DNA of 64,000 bases from Balanoglossus misakiensis (taxonomy: Eukaryota > Animalia > Hemichordata): positions 886,247-950,246 of the forward strand of contig CM082594.2 in NCBI GenBank assembly GCA_040954595.2. The letters are read 5' to 3'. How positions within the stretch are numbered: the first letter of the stretch is position 1; each line of letters begins with the position of its first letter. Under the pieces are notes generated by a model. It was not told where the DNA came from. It did not search any database and saw only the letters and a program-made list of their open reading frames with translations. Of the stretch, positions 50,001 to 64,000 are shown piece after piece. A program made the position numbers and the translations under genes.

Positions 50001-53000
50001 GTCTTACCCGTCATTGGCACAAACAGTCTCAGGAAGTAAGCTTTCAGCCTACCAATGTAGCTATTATATTTTCCACTTTTTGTAAGTGAGGCCTGAGTGT
50101 AGCCTGTCTTAGGTCACCACTTCATAAGAGGTCTTACCCGTCATTGGCGCAAATAGTCTAAGGAAGTAATCTTTCAGCCTACCAATGTAGCTATTATATT
50201 TTCCACTTTTTGTAAGTGAAGCCTGAGTGTCGCCTGTCTTAGGTCACCACTTCATTAGCAGTCATACCCGTCATTGGCACAAACAGTCTCAGGAAGTAAG
50301 CTTCCAGCCTTCCGATGTAGCTATTATATTTTCCACTTTTTGTAAGTGAAGCCTGACTGTCGCCTGTCTTAGGTCAACACTTCATAAGCGGTCTTACCCG
50401 TTATTGGCACAAACAGTCTCAGGAAGTAAGCTTTCAGCCTACCAATGTAGCTATTATATTTTCCACTTTTTGTAAGTGAAGCCTGGCTGTCGCCTGTCTT
50501 AGGTCACCACTTCATAAGCGGTCTTATCCGTCATTGGCACAAACAGTCTCGGGAAGTAAGCTTTCAGCCTACCAATGTAGCTATTATATTTTCCACTTTT
50601 TGTAAGTGAGGCCTGAGTGTCGCCTGTCTTAGGTCACCACTTCATAAGAGGTCTTACCCGTCATTGGCGCAAATAGTCTAAGGAAGTAATCTTTCTGCCT
50701 ACCAATGTAGCTATTATATTTTCCACTTTTTGTAAGTGAAGCCTGAGTGTCGCCTGTCTTAGGTCACCACTTCATTAGCAGTCATACCCGTCATTGGCAC
50801 AAACAGTCTCAGGAAGTAAGCTTCCAGCCTACCGATGTAGCTATTATATTTTCCACTTTTTGTAAGTGAAGCCTGACTGTCGCCTGTCTTAGGTCACCAC
50901 TTCATAAGCGGTCTTACCCGTTATTGGCACAAACAGTCTCAGGAAGTAAGCTTTCAGCCTACCAATGTAGCTATTATATTTTCCACTTTTTGTAAGTGAA
51001 GCCTGGCTGTCGCCTGTCTTAGGTCACCACTTCATAAGCGGTCTTACCCGTCATTGGCACAAACAGTCTCAGGAAGTAAGCTTTCAGCCTACCAATGTAG
51101 CTATTATATTTTCCACTTTTTGTAAGTGAGGCCTGAGTGTCGCCTGTCTTAGGTCACCACTTCATAAGAGGTCTTACCCGTCATTGGCGCAAATAGTCTA
51201 AGGAAGTAATCTTTCAGCCTACCAATGTAGCTATTATATTTTCCACTTTTTGTAAGTGAAGCCTGAGTTTCACCTGTCTTAGGTCACCACTTCATTAGCA
51301 GTCATACCCGTCATTGGCACAAACAGTCTCAGGAAGTAAGCTTCCAGCCTACCGATGTAGCTATTATATTTTCCACTTTTTGTAAGTGAAGCCTGACTGT
51401 CGCCTGTCTTAGGTCACCACTTCATATACGGTCTTACCCGTCATTGGCACAAACAGTCTCAGGAAGTAAGCTTTCAGCCTACCAATGTAGCTATTATATT
51501 TTCCACTTTTTGTAAGTGAAGCCTGAGTGTCGCCTGTCTTAGGTCACCACTTCATAAGAGGTCTTACCCGTTATTGGCACAAACAGTCTCAGGAAGTAAG
51601 CTTTCAGCCTACCAATGTAGCTATTATATTTTCCACTTTTTGTAAGTGAAGCCTGAGTGTCGCCTGTCTTAGGTCACCACTTCATAAGCGGTCTTACCCG
51701 TCATTGGCACAAACAGTCTCAGGAAATAAGCTTTCAGCCTACCAATGTAGCTATTATATTTTCCACTTTTTGTAAGTGAAGCCTGACTGTCGCCTGTCTT
51801 AGATCACCACTTCATAAACGGTCTTACCCGTCATTGGCACAAACAGTCTCAGGAAGTAAGCTTTCAGCCTACAAATGTAGCTATTATATTTTACACTTTT
51901 TGTAAGTGAAGCCTGAGTGTCACCTGTCTTAGGTCACCACTTCATAAGCGGTCTTACCCGTCATTGGCGCAAACAGTCTCAGGAAGTAATCTTTCAGCCT
52001 ACCAATGTAGCTATTATATTTTCCACTTTTTGTAAGTGAAGCCTGAGTGTCGCCTGTCTTAGGTCACCACTGCATAAGCGGTCTTACCCGTCATTGGCAC
52101 AAACAGTCTCAGGAAGTAATCTTTCAGCCTACCAATGTAGCTATTATATTTTCCACTTTTTGTAAGTGAAGCCTGACTGTCGCCTGTCTTAGGTCACCAC
52201 TTCATAAGCGGTCTTACCCGTCATTGGCACAAACAGTCTCAGGAAGTAAGCTTTTAGCCTACCAATGTAGCTATTGTATTTTCCACTTTTTTGTAAGTGA
52301 AGCCTGACTGTCGTCGGTCTTAGGTCACCACTTCATAAGAGGTCTTACCCGTCATTGGCACAAACAGTCTCAGGAAGTAAGCTTTCAGCCTACCAATGTA
52401 GCTATTGTATTTTCCACTTTTTTTAAGTGAAGCCTGACTGTCGCCTGTCTTAGGTCACCACTTCATAAGAGGTCTTACCCGTCATTGGCACAAACAGTCT
52501 CAGGAAGTAAGCTTTCAGCCTACCAATGTAGCTATTATATTTTCCACTTTTTGTAAGTGAAGCCTGACTGTCGCCTGTCTTAGGTCACCACTTCATAAGA
52601 GGTCTTACCCGTCATTGGCACAAACAGTCTCAGGAAGTAAGCTTTCAGCCTACCAATGTAGCTATTGTATTTTCCACTTTTTGTAAGTGAAGCCTGACTG
52701 TCGCCTGTATTAGGTCACCACTTCATAAGCGTTCTTACCCGTCATTGGCACAAACAGTCTCAGGAAGTAATCTTTCAGCCTACCAATGTAGCTATTATAT
52801 TTTCCACTTTTTGTAAGTGATGCCTGACTGTCGCCTGTCTTAGGTCACCACTTCATAAGCGGTCTTACCTGTCATTGGCACAAACAGTCTCAGGACGTAA
52901 GCTTTCAGCCTACCATTGTAGCTATTATATTTTCCACTTTTTGTAAGTGAAGCCTGACTGTCGCCTGTCTTAGGTCACCACTTCATAAGCGGTCTTACCC

Positions 53001-56000
53001 GGCATTGGCACAAACAGTCTCCGGAAGTAAGCTTTCAGCCTACCAATGTAGCTATTATATTTTCCACTTTTTGTAAGTGAAGCCTGAGTTTCACCTGTCT
53101 TAGGTCACCACTTCATTAGCAGTCATACCCGTCATTGGCACAAACAGTCTCAGGAAGTAAGCTTCCAGCCTACCGATGTAGCTATTATATTTTCCACTTT
53201 TTGTAAGTGAAGCCTGAGTGTCGCCTGTCTTAGGTCACCACTTCATAAGAGGTCTTACCCGTTATTGGCACAAACAGTCTCAGGAAGTAAGCTTTCAGCC
53301 TACCAATGTAGCTATTATATTTTCCACTTTTTGTAAGTGAAGCCTGAGTGTCGCCTGTCTTAGGTCACCACTTCATAAGCGGTCTTACCCGTCATTGGCA
53401 CAAACAGTCTCAGGAAGTAAGCTTTCAGCCTACCAATGTAGCTATTATATTTTCCACTTTTTGTAAGTGAAGCCCGAGTGTCGCCTGTCTTAGGTCACCA
53501 CTTCATAAGAGGTCTTACCCGTTATTGGCACAAACAGTCTCAGGAAGTAAGCTTTCAGCCTACCAATGTAGCTATTATATTTTCCACTTTTTGTAAGTGA
53601 AGCCTGACTGTCGCCTGTCTTAGGTCACCACTTCATAAGCGGTCTTACCCGTCATTGGCACAAACAGTCTCAGGAAATAAGCTTTCAGCCTACCAATGTA
53701 GCTATTATATTTTCCACTTTTTGTAAGTGAAGCCTGACTGTCGCCTGTCTTAGATCACCACTTCATAAACGGTCTTACCCGTCATTGGCACAAACAGTCT
53801 CAGGAAGTAAGCTTTCAGCCTACCAATGTAGCTATTATATTTTACACTTTTTGTAAGTGAAGCCTGAGTGTCGCCTGTCTTAGGTCACCACTTCATAAGC
53901 GGTCTTACCCGTCATTGGCACAAACAGTCTCAGGAAGTAATCTTTCAGCCTACCAATGTAGCTATTATATTTTCCACTTTTTGTAAGTGAAGCCTGACTG
54001 TCGCCTGTCTTAGGTCCCCACTTCACAAGCGGTCTTACCCGTCATTTGCACAAACAGTCTCAGGAAGTAAGCTTTCAGCCTACCAATGTAGCTATTATAG
54101 TTTCCACTTTTTGTAAGTGAAGCCTGAGTGTCGCCTGTCTTAGGTCACCACTTCATAAGATGTCTTACCCGTCATTGGCACAAACAGTCTCAGGAAGTAA
54201 GCTTTCAGCCTACCAATGTAGCTATCATATTTTCCACTTTTTGTAAGTGAAGCCTGACTGTCGCCTGTCTTAGGTCACCACTTCATAAGCGGTCTTACCC
54301 GTCATTGGCACAACAGTCTCAGGAAGTAAACTTTCAGCCAACCAATGTAGCTATTATATTTTCCACTTTTTGTAAGTGACGCCTGAGTGTCGCCTGTCTT
54401 AGGTCACCAATTCATAAGCGGTCTTACCCGTCATTGGCACAAACAGTCTCAGGAAGTAAGCTTTCAGCCTACCAATGTAGCTATTATATTTTCCACTTTT
54501 TGTAAGTGAAGCCTGACTGTCGCCTGTCTTAGATCACCACTTCATAAACGGTCTTACCCGTCATTGGCACAAACAGTCTCAGGAAGTAAGCTTTCAGCCT
54601 ACCAATGTAGCTATTATATTTTACACTTTTTGTAAGTGAAGCCTGAGTGTCACCTGTCTTAGGTCACCACTTCATAAGCGCGGTCTTACCCGTCATTGGC
54701 ACAAACAGTCTCAGGAAGTAATCTTTCAGCCTACCAATGTAGCTTTTATATTTTCCACTTTTTGTAAGTGAAGCCTGAGTGTCGCCTGTCTTAGGTCACC
54801 ACTTCATAAGCGGTCTTACCCGTCATTGGCACAAACAGTCTCAGGAAGTAATCTTTCAGCCTACCAATGTAGCTATTATATTTTCCACTTTTTGTAAGTG
54901 AAGCCTGACTGTCGCCTGTCTTAGGTCCCCACTTCATAAGCGGTCTTACCCGTCATTTGCACAAACAGTCTCAGGAAGTAAGCTTTCAGCCTACCAATGT
55001 AGCTATTATAGTTTCCACTTTTTGTAAGTGAAGCCTGAGTGTCGCCTGTCTTAGGTCACCACTTCATAAGATGTCTTACCCGTCATTGGCACAAACAGTC
55101 TCAGGAAGTAAGCTTTCAGCCTACCAATGTAGCTATCATATTTTCCACTTTTTGTAAGTGAAGCCTGACTGTCGCCTGTCTTAGGTCACCACTTCATAAG
55201 CGGTCTTACCCGTCATTGGCACAACAGTCTCAGGAAGTAAACTTTCAGCCAACCAATGTAGCTATTATATTTTCCACTTTTTGTAAGTGACGCCTGAGTG
55301 TCGCCTGTCTTAGGTCACCAATTCATAAGCGGTCTTACCCGTCATTGGCACAAACAGTCTCAGGAAGTAAGCTTTCAGCCTACCAATGTAGCTATTATAT
55401 TTTCCACTTTTTGTAAGTGAAGCTGAGTGTCGCCTGTCTTAGGTCACCACTTCATAAGCGGTCTTACCCGTCATTGGCACAAACAGTCTCAGGAAGTAAG
55501 CTTTCAGCCTACCAATGTAGCTATTATATTTTCCACTTTTTGTAAGTGAAGCCTGAGTGTCGCCTGTCTTAGGTCACCACTTCATAAGAGGTCTTACCCG
55601 TCATTGGCACAAACAGTCTCAGGAAGTAAGCTTTCAGCCTACCAATGTAGCATTTATATTTTCCACTTTTTGTAAGTGAAGCCTGAGTGTCGCCTGTCTT
55701 AGGTCACCACTTCATAAGAGGTCTTACCCGTTATTGGCACAAACAGTCTCAGGAAGTAATCTTTCAGCCTACCAATGTAGCTTTTATATTTTCCACTTTT
55801 TGTAAGTGAAGCCTGAGTGTCGCCTGTCTTAGGTCACCACTTCATAAGCGGTCTTAACCGTCATTGGCACAAACAGTCTCAGGAAGTAATCTTTCAGCCT
55901 ACCAATGTAGCTATTATATTTTCCACTTTTTGTAAGTGAAGCCTGACTGTCGCCTGTCTTAGGTCCCCACTTCATAAGCGGTCTTACCCGTCATTTGCAC

Positions 56001-59000
56001 AAACAGTCTCAGGAAGTAAGCTTTCAGCCTACCAATGTAGCTATTATAGTTTCCACTTTTTGTAAGTGAAGCCTGAGTGTCGCCTGTCTTAGGTCACCAC
56101 TTCATAAGATGTCTTACCCGTCATTGGCACAAACAGTCTCAGGAAGTAAGCTTTCAGCCTACCAATGTAGCTATCATATTTTCCACTTTTTGTAAGTGAA
56201 GCCTGACTGTCGCCTGTCTTAGGTCACCACTTCATAAGCGGTCTTACCCGTCATTGGCACAACAGTCTCAGGAAGTAAACTTTCAGCCAACCAATGTAGC
56301 TATTATATTTTCCACTTTTTGTAAGTGACACCTGAGTGTCGCCTGTCTTAGGTCACCAATTCATAAGCGGTCTTACCCGTCATTGGCACAAACAGTCTCA
56401 GGAAGTAAGCTTTCAGCCTACCAATGTAGCTATTATATTTTCCACTTTTTGTAAGTGAAGCTGAGTGTCGCCTGTCTTAGGTCACCACTTCATAAGCGGT
56501 CTTACCCGTCATTGGCACAAACAGTCTCAGGAAGTAAGCTTTCAGCCTACCAATGTAGCTATTATATTTTCCACTTTTTGTAAGTGAAGCCTGAGTGTCG
56601 CCTGTCTTAGGTCACCACTTCATAAGAGGTCTTACCCGTCATTGGCACAAACAGTCTCAGGAAGTAAGCTTTCAGCCTACCAATGTAGCATTTATATTTT
56701 CCACTTTTTGTAAGTGAAGCCTGAGTGTCGCCTGTCTTAGGTCACCACTTCATAAGAGGTCTTACCCGTTATTGGCACAAACAGTCTCAGGAAGTAAGCT
56801 TTCAGCCTACCAATGTAGCTATTATATTTTCCACTTTTTGTAAGTGAAGCCTGAGTGTCGCCTGTCTTAGGTCACTACTTCATAAGCGGTCTTACCCGTC
56901 CTGGGCACAAACAGTCTCAGGAAGTAAGCTTTCAGCCTACCAATGTAGCTATTATATTTTCCACTTTTTGTAAGTGAAGCCTGAGTGTCGCCTGTCTTAG
57001 GACACCACTTCATGAGAGGTCTTACCCATCATTGGCACAAACAGACTCAGGAAGTAAGCTTTCAGCCTACCAATGTAGCTATTATATTTTCCACTTTTTG
57101 TAAGTGAAGCCTGAGTGTCGCCTGTCTTAGGTCACCACTTCATAAACGGTCTTACCCGTCATTGGCACAAACAGTCTCAGGAAGTAAGCCTTCAGCCTAC
57201 CAATGTAGCATTTATATTTTCCACTTTTTGTAAGTCAAGCCTGTGTGTCGCCTGTCTTAGGTCACCACTTCATAAGAGGTCTTACCCGTTATTGGCACAA
57301 ACAGTCTCAGGAAGTAAGCTTTCAGCCTACCAATGTAGCTATTATATTTTCCACTTTTTGTAAGTGAAGCCTGAGTGTCGCCTGTCTTAGGTCACCACTT
57401 CATAAGCGGTCTTACCCGTCCTGGGCACAAACAGTCTCAGGAAGTAAGCTTTCAGCCTACCAATGTAGCTATTATATTTTCCACTTTTTGTAAGTGAAGC
57501 CTGACTGTCGCCTGTCTTAGATCACCACTTCATAAACGGTCTTACCCGTCATTGGCACAAACAGTCTCAGGAAGTAAGCTTTCAGCCTACCAATGTAGCT
57601 ATTATATTTTACACTTTTTGTAAGTGAAGCCTGAGTGTCACCTGTCTTAGGTCACCACTTCATAAGCGCGGTCTTACCCGTCATTGGCACAAACAGTCTC
57701 AGGAAGTAATCTTTCAGCCTACCAATGTAGCTATTATATTTTCCACTTTTTGTAAGTGAAGCCTGAGTGTCGCCTGTCTTAGGTCACCACTTCATAAGCG
57801 GTCTTACCCGTCATTGGCACAAACAGTCTCAGGAAGTAATCTTTCAGCCTACCAATGTAGCTATTATATTTTCCACTTTTTGTAAGTGAAGCCTGACTGT
57901 CGCCTGTCTTAGGTCCCCACTTCATAAGCGGTCTTACCCGTCATTGGCACAAACAGTCTCAGGAAGTAAGCTTTCAGCCTACCAATGTAGCTATTATAGT
58001 TTCCACTTTTTGTAAGTGAAGCCTGAGTGTCGCCTGTCTTAGGTCACCACTTCATAAGATGTCTTACCCGTCATTGGCACAAACAGTCTCAGGAAGTAAG
58101 CTTTCAGCCAACCAATGTAGCTATTATATTTTCCACTTTTTGTAAGTGACGCCTGAGTGTCGCCTGTCTTAGGTCACCAATTCATAAGCGGTCTTACCCG
58201 TCATTGGCACAAACAGTCTCAGGAAGTAAGCTTTCAGCCTACCAATGTAGCTATTTTCCACTTTTTGTAAGTGAAGCTGAGTGTCGCCTGTCTTAGGTCA
58301 CCACTTCATAAGCGGTCTTACCCGTCATTGGCACAAACAGTCTCAGGAAGTAAGCTTTCAGCCTACCAATGTAGCTATTATATTTTCCACTTTTTGTAAG
58401 TGAAGCTGAGTGTCGCCTGTCTTAGGTCACCACTTCATAAGCGGTCTTACCCGTCATTGGCACAAACAGTCTCAGGAAGTAAGCTTTCAGCCTACCAATG
58501 TAGCTATTATATTTTCCACTTTTTGTAAGTGAAGCCTGAGTGTCGCCTGTCTTAGGTCACCACTTCATAAGAGGTCTTACCCGTCATTGGCACAAACAGT
58601 CTCAGGAAGTAAGCTTTCAGCCTACCAATGTAGCATTTATATTTTCCACTTTTTGTAAGTGAAGCCTGAGTGTCGCCTGTCTTAGGTCACCACTTCATAA
58701 GAGGTCTTACCCGTTATTGGCACAAACAGTCTCAGGAAGTAAGCTTTCAGCCTACCAATGTAGCTATTATATTTTCCACTTTTTGTAAGTGAAGCCTGAG
58801 TGTCGCCTGTCTTAGGTCACTACTTCATAAGCGGTCTTACCCGTCCTGGGCACAAACAGTCTCAGGAAGTAAGCTTTCAGCCTACCAATGTAGCTATTAT
58901 ATTTTCCACTTTTTGTAAGTGAAGCGTGACTGTCGCCTGTCTTAGGTCACCACTTCATAAACGGTCTTACCCGTCATTGGCACAAACAGTCTCAGGAAGT

Positions 59001-62000
59001 AAGCTTTCAGCCTACCAATGTAGCTATTATATTTTCCACTTTTTGTAAGTGAAGCCTGAGTGTCGCCTGTCTTAGGTCACCACTTCATAAGAGGTCATAC
59101 CCGTCATTGGCACAAACAGTCTCAGGAAGTAAGCTTTCAGCCTACCAATGTAGCTATTATATTTTCCACTTTTTGTAAGTGAAGCCTGACTGTCGCCTGT
59201 CTTAAGTCACCACTTCATAAGCGGTCTTACCCGTCATTGGCACAAACAGTCTCAGGAAGTAAGCTTTCAGCCTACCAATGTAGCTATTATATTTTCCACT
59301 TTTTGTAAGTGAAGCCTGAGTGTCGCCTGTCTTAGGGCACCACTTCATGAGAGGTCTTACCCATCATTGGCACAAACAGACTCAGGAAGTAAGCTTTCAG
59401 CCTACCAATGTAGCTATTATATTTTCCACTTTTTGTAAGTGAAGCCTGAGTGTCGCCTGTCTTAGGTCACCACTTCATAAACGGTCTTACCCGTCATTGG
59501 CACAAACAGTCTCAGGAAGTAAGCTTTCAGCCTACCAATGTAGCATTTATATTTTCCACTTTTTGTAAGTGAAGCCTGTGTGTCGCCTGTCTTAGGTCAC
59601 CACTTCATAAGAGGTCTTACCCGTTATTGGCACAAACAGTCTCAGGAAGTAAGCTTTCAGCCTACCAATGTAGCTATTATATTTTCCACTTTTTGTAAGT
59701 GAAGCCTGAGTGTCGCCTGTCTTAGGTCACCACTTCATAAGCGGTCTTACCCGTCCTGGGCACAAACAGTCTCAGGAAGTAAGCTTTCAGCCTACCAATG
59801 TAGCTATTATATTTTCCACTTTTTGTAAGTGAAGCCTGAGTGTCGCCTGTCTTAGGTCACCACTTCATAAGCGGTCTTACCCGTCATTGGCACAAACAGT
59901 CTCAGGAAGTAAGCTTTCAGCCTACCAATGTAGCTATTATATTTTCCACTTTTTGTAAGTGAAGCCTGAGTGTCGCCTGTCTTAGGTCACCACTTCATAA
60001 GAGGTCTTACCCGTCATTGGCACAAACAGTCTCAGGAAGTAAGCTTTCAGCCTACCAATGTAGCATTTATATATTCCACTTTTTGTAAGTGAAGCCTGAG
60101 TGTCGCCTGTCTTAGGTCACCACTTCATAAGAGGTCTTACCCGTTATTGGCACAAACAGTCTCAGGAAGTAAGCTTTCAGCCTACCAATGTAGCTATTGT
60201 ATTTTCCACTTTTTGTAAGTGAAGCCTGAGTGTCGCCTGTCTTAGGTCACCACTTCATAAGCGGTCTTACCCGTCATTGGCACAAACAGTCTCAGGAAGT
60301 AAGCTTTCAGCCTACCAATGTAGCTATTATATTTTCCACTTTTTGTAAGTGAAGCCTGAGTGTCGCCTGTCTTAGGTCACCACTTCATAAGCGGTCTAAC
60401 CCGTCATTGGCACAAACAGTCTCAGGAAGTAAGCTTTCAGCCTACCAATGTAGCTATTATATTTTCCACTTTTTGTAAGTGAAGCCTGACGGTCACCTGT
60501 CTTAGGTCCCCACTTCATAAGCGGTCTTACCTGTCATTGGCACAAACAGTCTCAGGAAGTAAGCTTTCAGCCTACCAATGTAGCTATTATATTTTCCACT
60601 TTTTGTAAGTGAAGCGTGACTGTCGCCTGTCTTAGGTCACCACTTCATAAACGGTATTACCCGTCATTGGTACAAACAGTCTCAGGAAGTAAGCTTTCAG
60701 CCTACCAATGTAGCTATTATATTTTCCACTTTTTGTAAGTGAAGCCTGAGTGTCGCCTGTCTTAGGTCACCACTTCATAAGAGGTCTTACCCGTTATTGG
60801 CACAAACAGTCTCAGGAAGTAAGCTTTCAGCCTACCAATGTAGCTATTGTATTTTCCACTTTTTGTAAGTGAAGCCTGAGTGTCGCCTGTCTTAGGTCAC
60901 CACTTCATAAGCGGTCTTACCCGTCATTGGCACAAACAGTCTCAGGAAGTAAGCTTTCAGCCTACCAATGTAGCTATTATATTTTCCACTTTTTGTAAGT
61001 GAAGCCTGAGTGTCGCCTGTCTTAGGTCACCACTTCATAAGCGGTCTAACCCGTCATTGGCACAAACAGTCTCAGGAAGTAAGCTTTCAGCCTACCAATG
61101 TAGCTATTATATTTTCCACTTTTTGTAAGTGAAGCCTGACGGTCGCCTGTCTTAGGTCCCCACTTCATAAGCGGTCTTACCTGTCATTGGCACAAACAGT
61201 CTCAGGAAGTAAGCTTTCAGCCTACCAATGTAGCTATTATATTTTCCACTTTTTGTAAGTGAAGCGTGACTGTCGCCTGTCTTAGGTCACCACTTCATAA
61301 ACGGTATTACCCGACATTGGTACAAACAGTCTCAGGAAGTAAGCTTTCAGCCTACCAATGTAGCTATTATATTTTCCACTTTTTGTAAGTGAAGCCTGAG
61401 TGTCGCCTGTCTTAGGTCACCACTTCATAAGAGGTCATACCCGTCATTGGCACAAACAGTCTCAGGAAGTAAGCTTTCAGCCTACCAATGTAGCTATTAT
61501 ATTTTCCACTTTTTGTAAGTGAAGCCTGACTGTCGCCTGTCTTAGGTCACCACTTCATAAGCGGACTTACCCGTCATTGGCACAAACAGTCTCAGGAAGT
61601 AAGCTTTCAGCCTACCAATGTAGCTATTATATTTTCCACTTTTTGTAAGTGAAGCCTGAGTGTCGCCTGTCTTAGGTCACCACTTCATAAAAGGTCTTAC
61701 CCGTCATTGGCACAAACAGTCTCAGGAAGTAAGCTTTCAGCCTACCAATGTAGCTATTATATTTTCCACTTTTTGTAAGTGAAGCCTGAGTGTCGCCTGT
61801 CTTAGGTCACCACTTCATAAACGGTCTTACCCGTCATTGGCACAAACAGTCTCAGGAAGTAAGCTTTCAGCCTACCAATGTAGCTATTATATTTTCCACT
61901 TTTTGTAAGTGAAGCCTGAGTGTCGCCTGTCTTAGGTCACCACTTCATAAGAGGTCTTACCCGTCATTGCCACAAACAGTCTCAGGAAGTAAGCTTTCAG

Positions 62001-64000
62001 CCTACCAATGTAGCTATTATATTTTCCACTTTTTGTAAGTGAAGCCTGACTGTCGCCTTTCTTAGGTCACCATTTCATAAGCGGTCTTACCCGTCATTGG
62101 CACAAACAGTTTCAGGAAGTAAGCTTTCAGCCTACCAATGTAGCTATTATATTTTCAACTTTTTGTAAGTGAAGCCTGACTGTCGCCTGTCTTAGGTCAC
62201 CACTTCATAAGCGGTCTTACCCGTCATTGGCACAAACAGTCTCAGGAAGTTAGCTTTCAGCCTACCAATGTAGCATTTATATTTTCCACTTTTTGTAAGT
62301 GAAGCCTGAGTGTCGCCTGTCTTAGGTCACCACTTCATAAGAGGTCTTACCCGTTATTGGCACAAACAGTCTCAGGAAGTAAGCTTTCAGCCTACCAATG
62401 TAGCTATTATATTTTCCACTTTTTGTAAGTGAAGCCTGAGTGTCGCCTGTCTTAGGTCACCACTTCATAAGCGGTCTTACCCGTCCTGGGCACAAACAGT
62501 CTCAGGAAGTAAGCTTTCAGCCTACCAATGTAGCTATTATATTTTCCACTTTTTGTAAGTGAAGCCTGAGTGTCGCCTGTCTTAGGTCACCACTTCATAA
62601 GCGGTCTTACCCGTCATTGGCACAAACAGTCTCAGGAAGTAAGCTTTCAGCCTACCAATGTAGCTATTATATTTTCCACTTTTTGTAAGTGAAGCCTGAG
62701 TGTCGCCTGTCTTAGGTCACCACTTCATAAGAGGTCTTACCCGTCATTGGCACAAACAGTCTCAGGAAGTAAGCTTTCAGCCTACCAATGTAGCATTTAT
62801 ATATTCCACTTTTTGTAAGTGAAGCCTGAGTGTCGCCTGTCTTAGGTCACCACTTCATAAGAGGTCTTACCCGTTATTGGCACAAACAGTCTCAGGAAGT
62901 AAGCTTTCAGCCTACCAATGTAGCTATTGTATTTTCCACTTTTTGTAAGTGAAGCCTGAGTGTCGCCTGTCTTAGGTCACCACTTCATAAGCGGTCTTAC
63001 CCGTCATTGGCACAAACAGTCTCAGGAAGTAAGCTTTCAGCCTACCAATGTAGCTATTATATTTTCCACTTTTTGTAAGTGAAGCCTGAGTGTCGCCTGT
63101 CTTAGGTCACCACTTCATAAGCGGTCTAACCCGTCATTGGCACAAACAGTCTCAGGAAGTAAGCTTTCAGCCTACCAATGTAGCTATTATATTTTCCACT
63201 TTTTGTAAGTGAAGCCTGACTGTCGCCTGTCTTAGGTCCCCACTTCATAAGCGGTCTTACCCGTCATTGGCACAAACAGTCTCAGGAAGTAAGCTTTCAG
63301 CCTACCAATGTAGCTATTATATTTTCCACTTTTTGTAAGTGAAGCATGACTGTCGCCTGTCTTAGGTCACCACTTCATAAACGGTATTACCCGTCATTGG
63401 TACAAACAGTCTCAGGAAGTAAGCTTTCAGCCTACCAATGTAGCTATTATATTTTCCACTTTTTGTAAGTGAAGCCTGAGTGTCGCCTGTCTTAGGTCAC
63501 CACTTCATAAGAGGTCATACCCGTCATTGGCACAAACAGTCTCAGGAAGTAAGCTTTCAGCCTACCAATGTAGCTATTATATTTTCCACTTTTTGTAAGT
63601 GAAGCCTGACTGTCGCCTGTCTTAGGTCACCACTTCATAAGCGGACTTACCCGTCATTGGCACAAACAGTCTCAGGAAGTAAGCTTTCAGCCTACCAATG
63701 TAGCTATTATATTTTCCACTTTTTGTAAGTGAAGCCTGAGTGTCGCCTGTCTTAGGTCACCACTTCATAAGAGGTCTTACCCGTCATTGGCACAAACAGT
63801 CTCAGGAAGTAAGCTTTCAGCCTACCAATGTAGCTATTATATTTTCCACTTTTTGTAAGTGAAGCCTGAGTGTCGCCTGTCTTAGGTCACCACTTCATGA
63901 GAGGTCTTACCCATCATTGGCACAAACAGTCTCAGGAAGTAAGCTTTCAGCCTACCAATGTAGCTATTATATTTTCCACTTTTTGTAAGTGAAGCCTGAG
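41024..64000. repeat. 130-bp satellite array, domains C and D
   Basis: Same monomer, with more diverse variants (GGCGCAAATAGTCTAA, TCATTAGCAGTCATAC, TTCCAGCC..CCGATG, CCTGGGCAC). CCTGAGTGTC becomes common from ~43 kb. Confidence 0.99.

Noticed and set aside
57115-57363. 82-aa ORF within the satellite
   Set aside because: Chance loss of a stop (TGA>TCA) in one monomer, with a GTG start. It is a translation of the satellite.
1-64000. CRISPR array
   Set aside because: The whole 130-bp unit is repeated. There are no unique spacers or cas genes, and the context is eukaryotic.

Overview
This is a eukaryotic, probably invertebrate, heterochromatic or centromere-like window. About 90% is a head-to-tail 130-bp satellite (roughly 440 monomers, one HindIII site each), organised in local higher-order repeats and in sub-family domains. 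The array is interrupted three times. (1) 19704-20184: a truncated duplicate of the left end of a TIR element. (2) 22486-25355: the full ~2.87-kb non-autonomous TIR element, with perfect 34-bp TIRs, two mirror-image arrays of a quasi-palindromic 69-bp unit, a ~390-bp imperfect central palindrome, and what looks like a captured BEL/Pao LTR-PBS-gag 5' fragment. (3) 37838-41023: a 5'-truncated APE+RT LINE with a (TAA)n tail and a nonsense mutation in ORF2. The most striking observation is that the DNA-transposon-like element and the LINE sit at the same nucleotide of the monomer (CACTTCAT^AAGCGG). No host genes, RNA genes or CRISPR arrays are supported.
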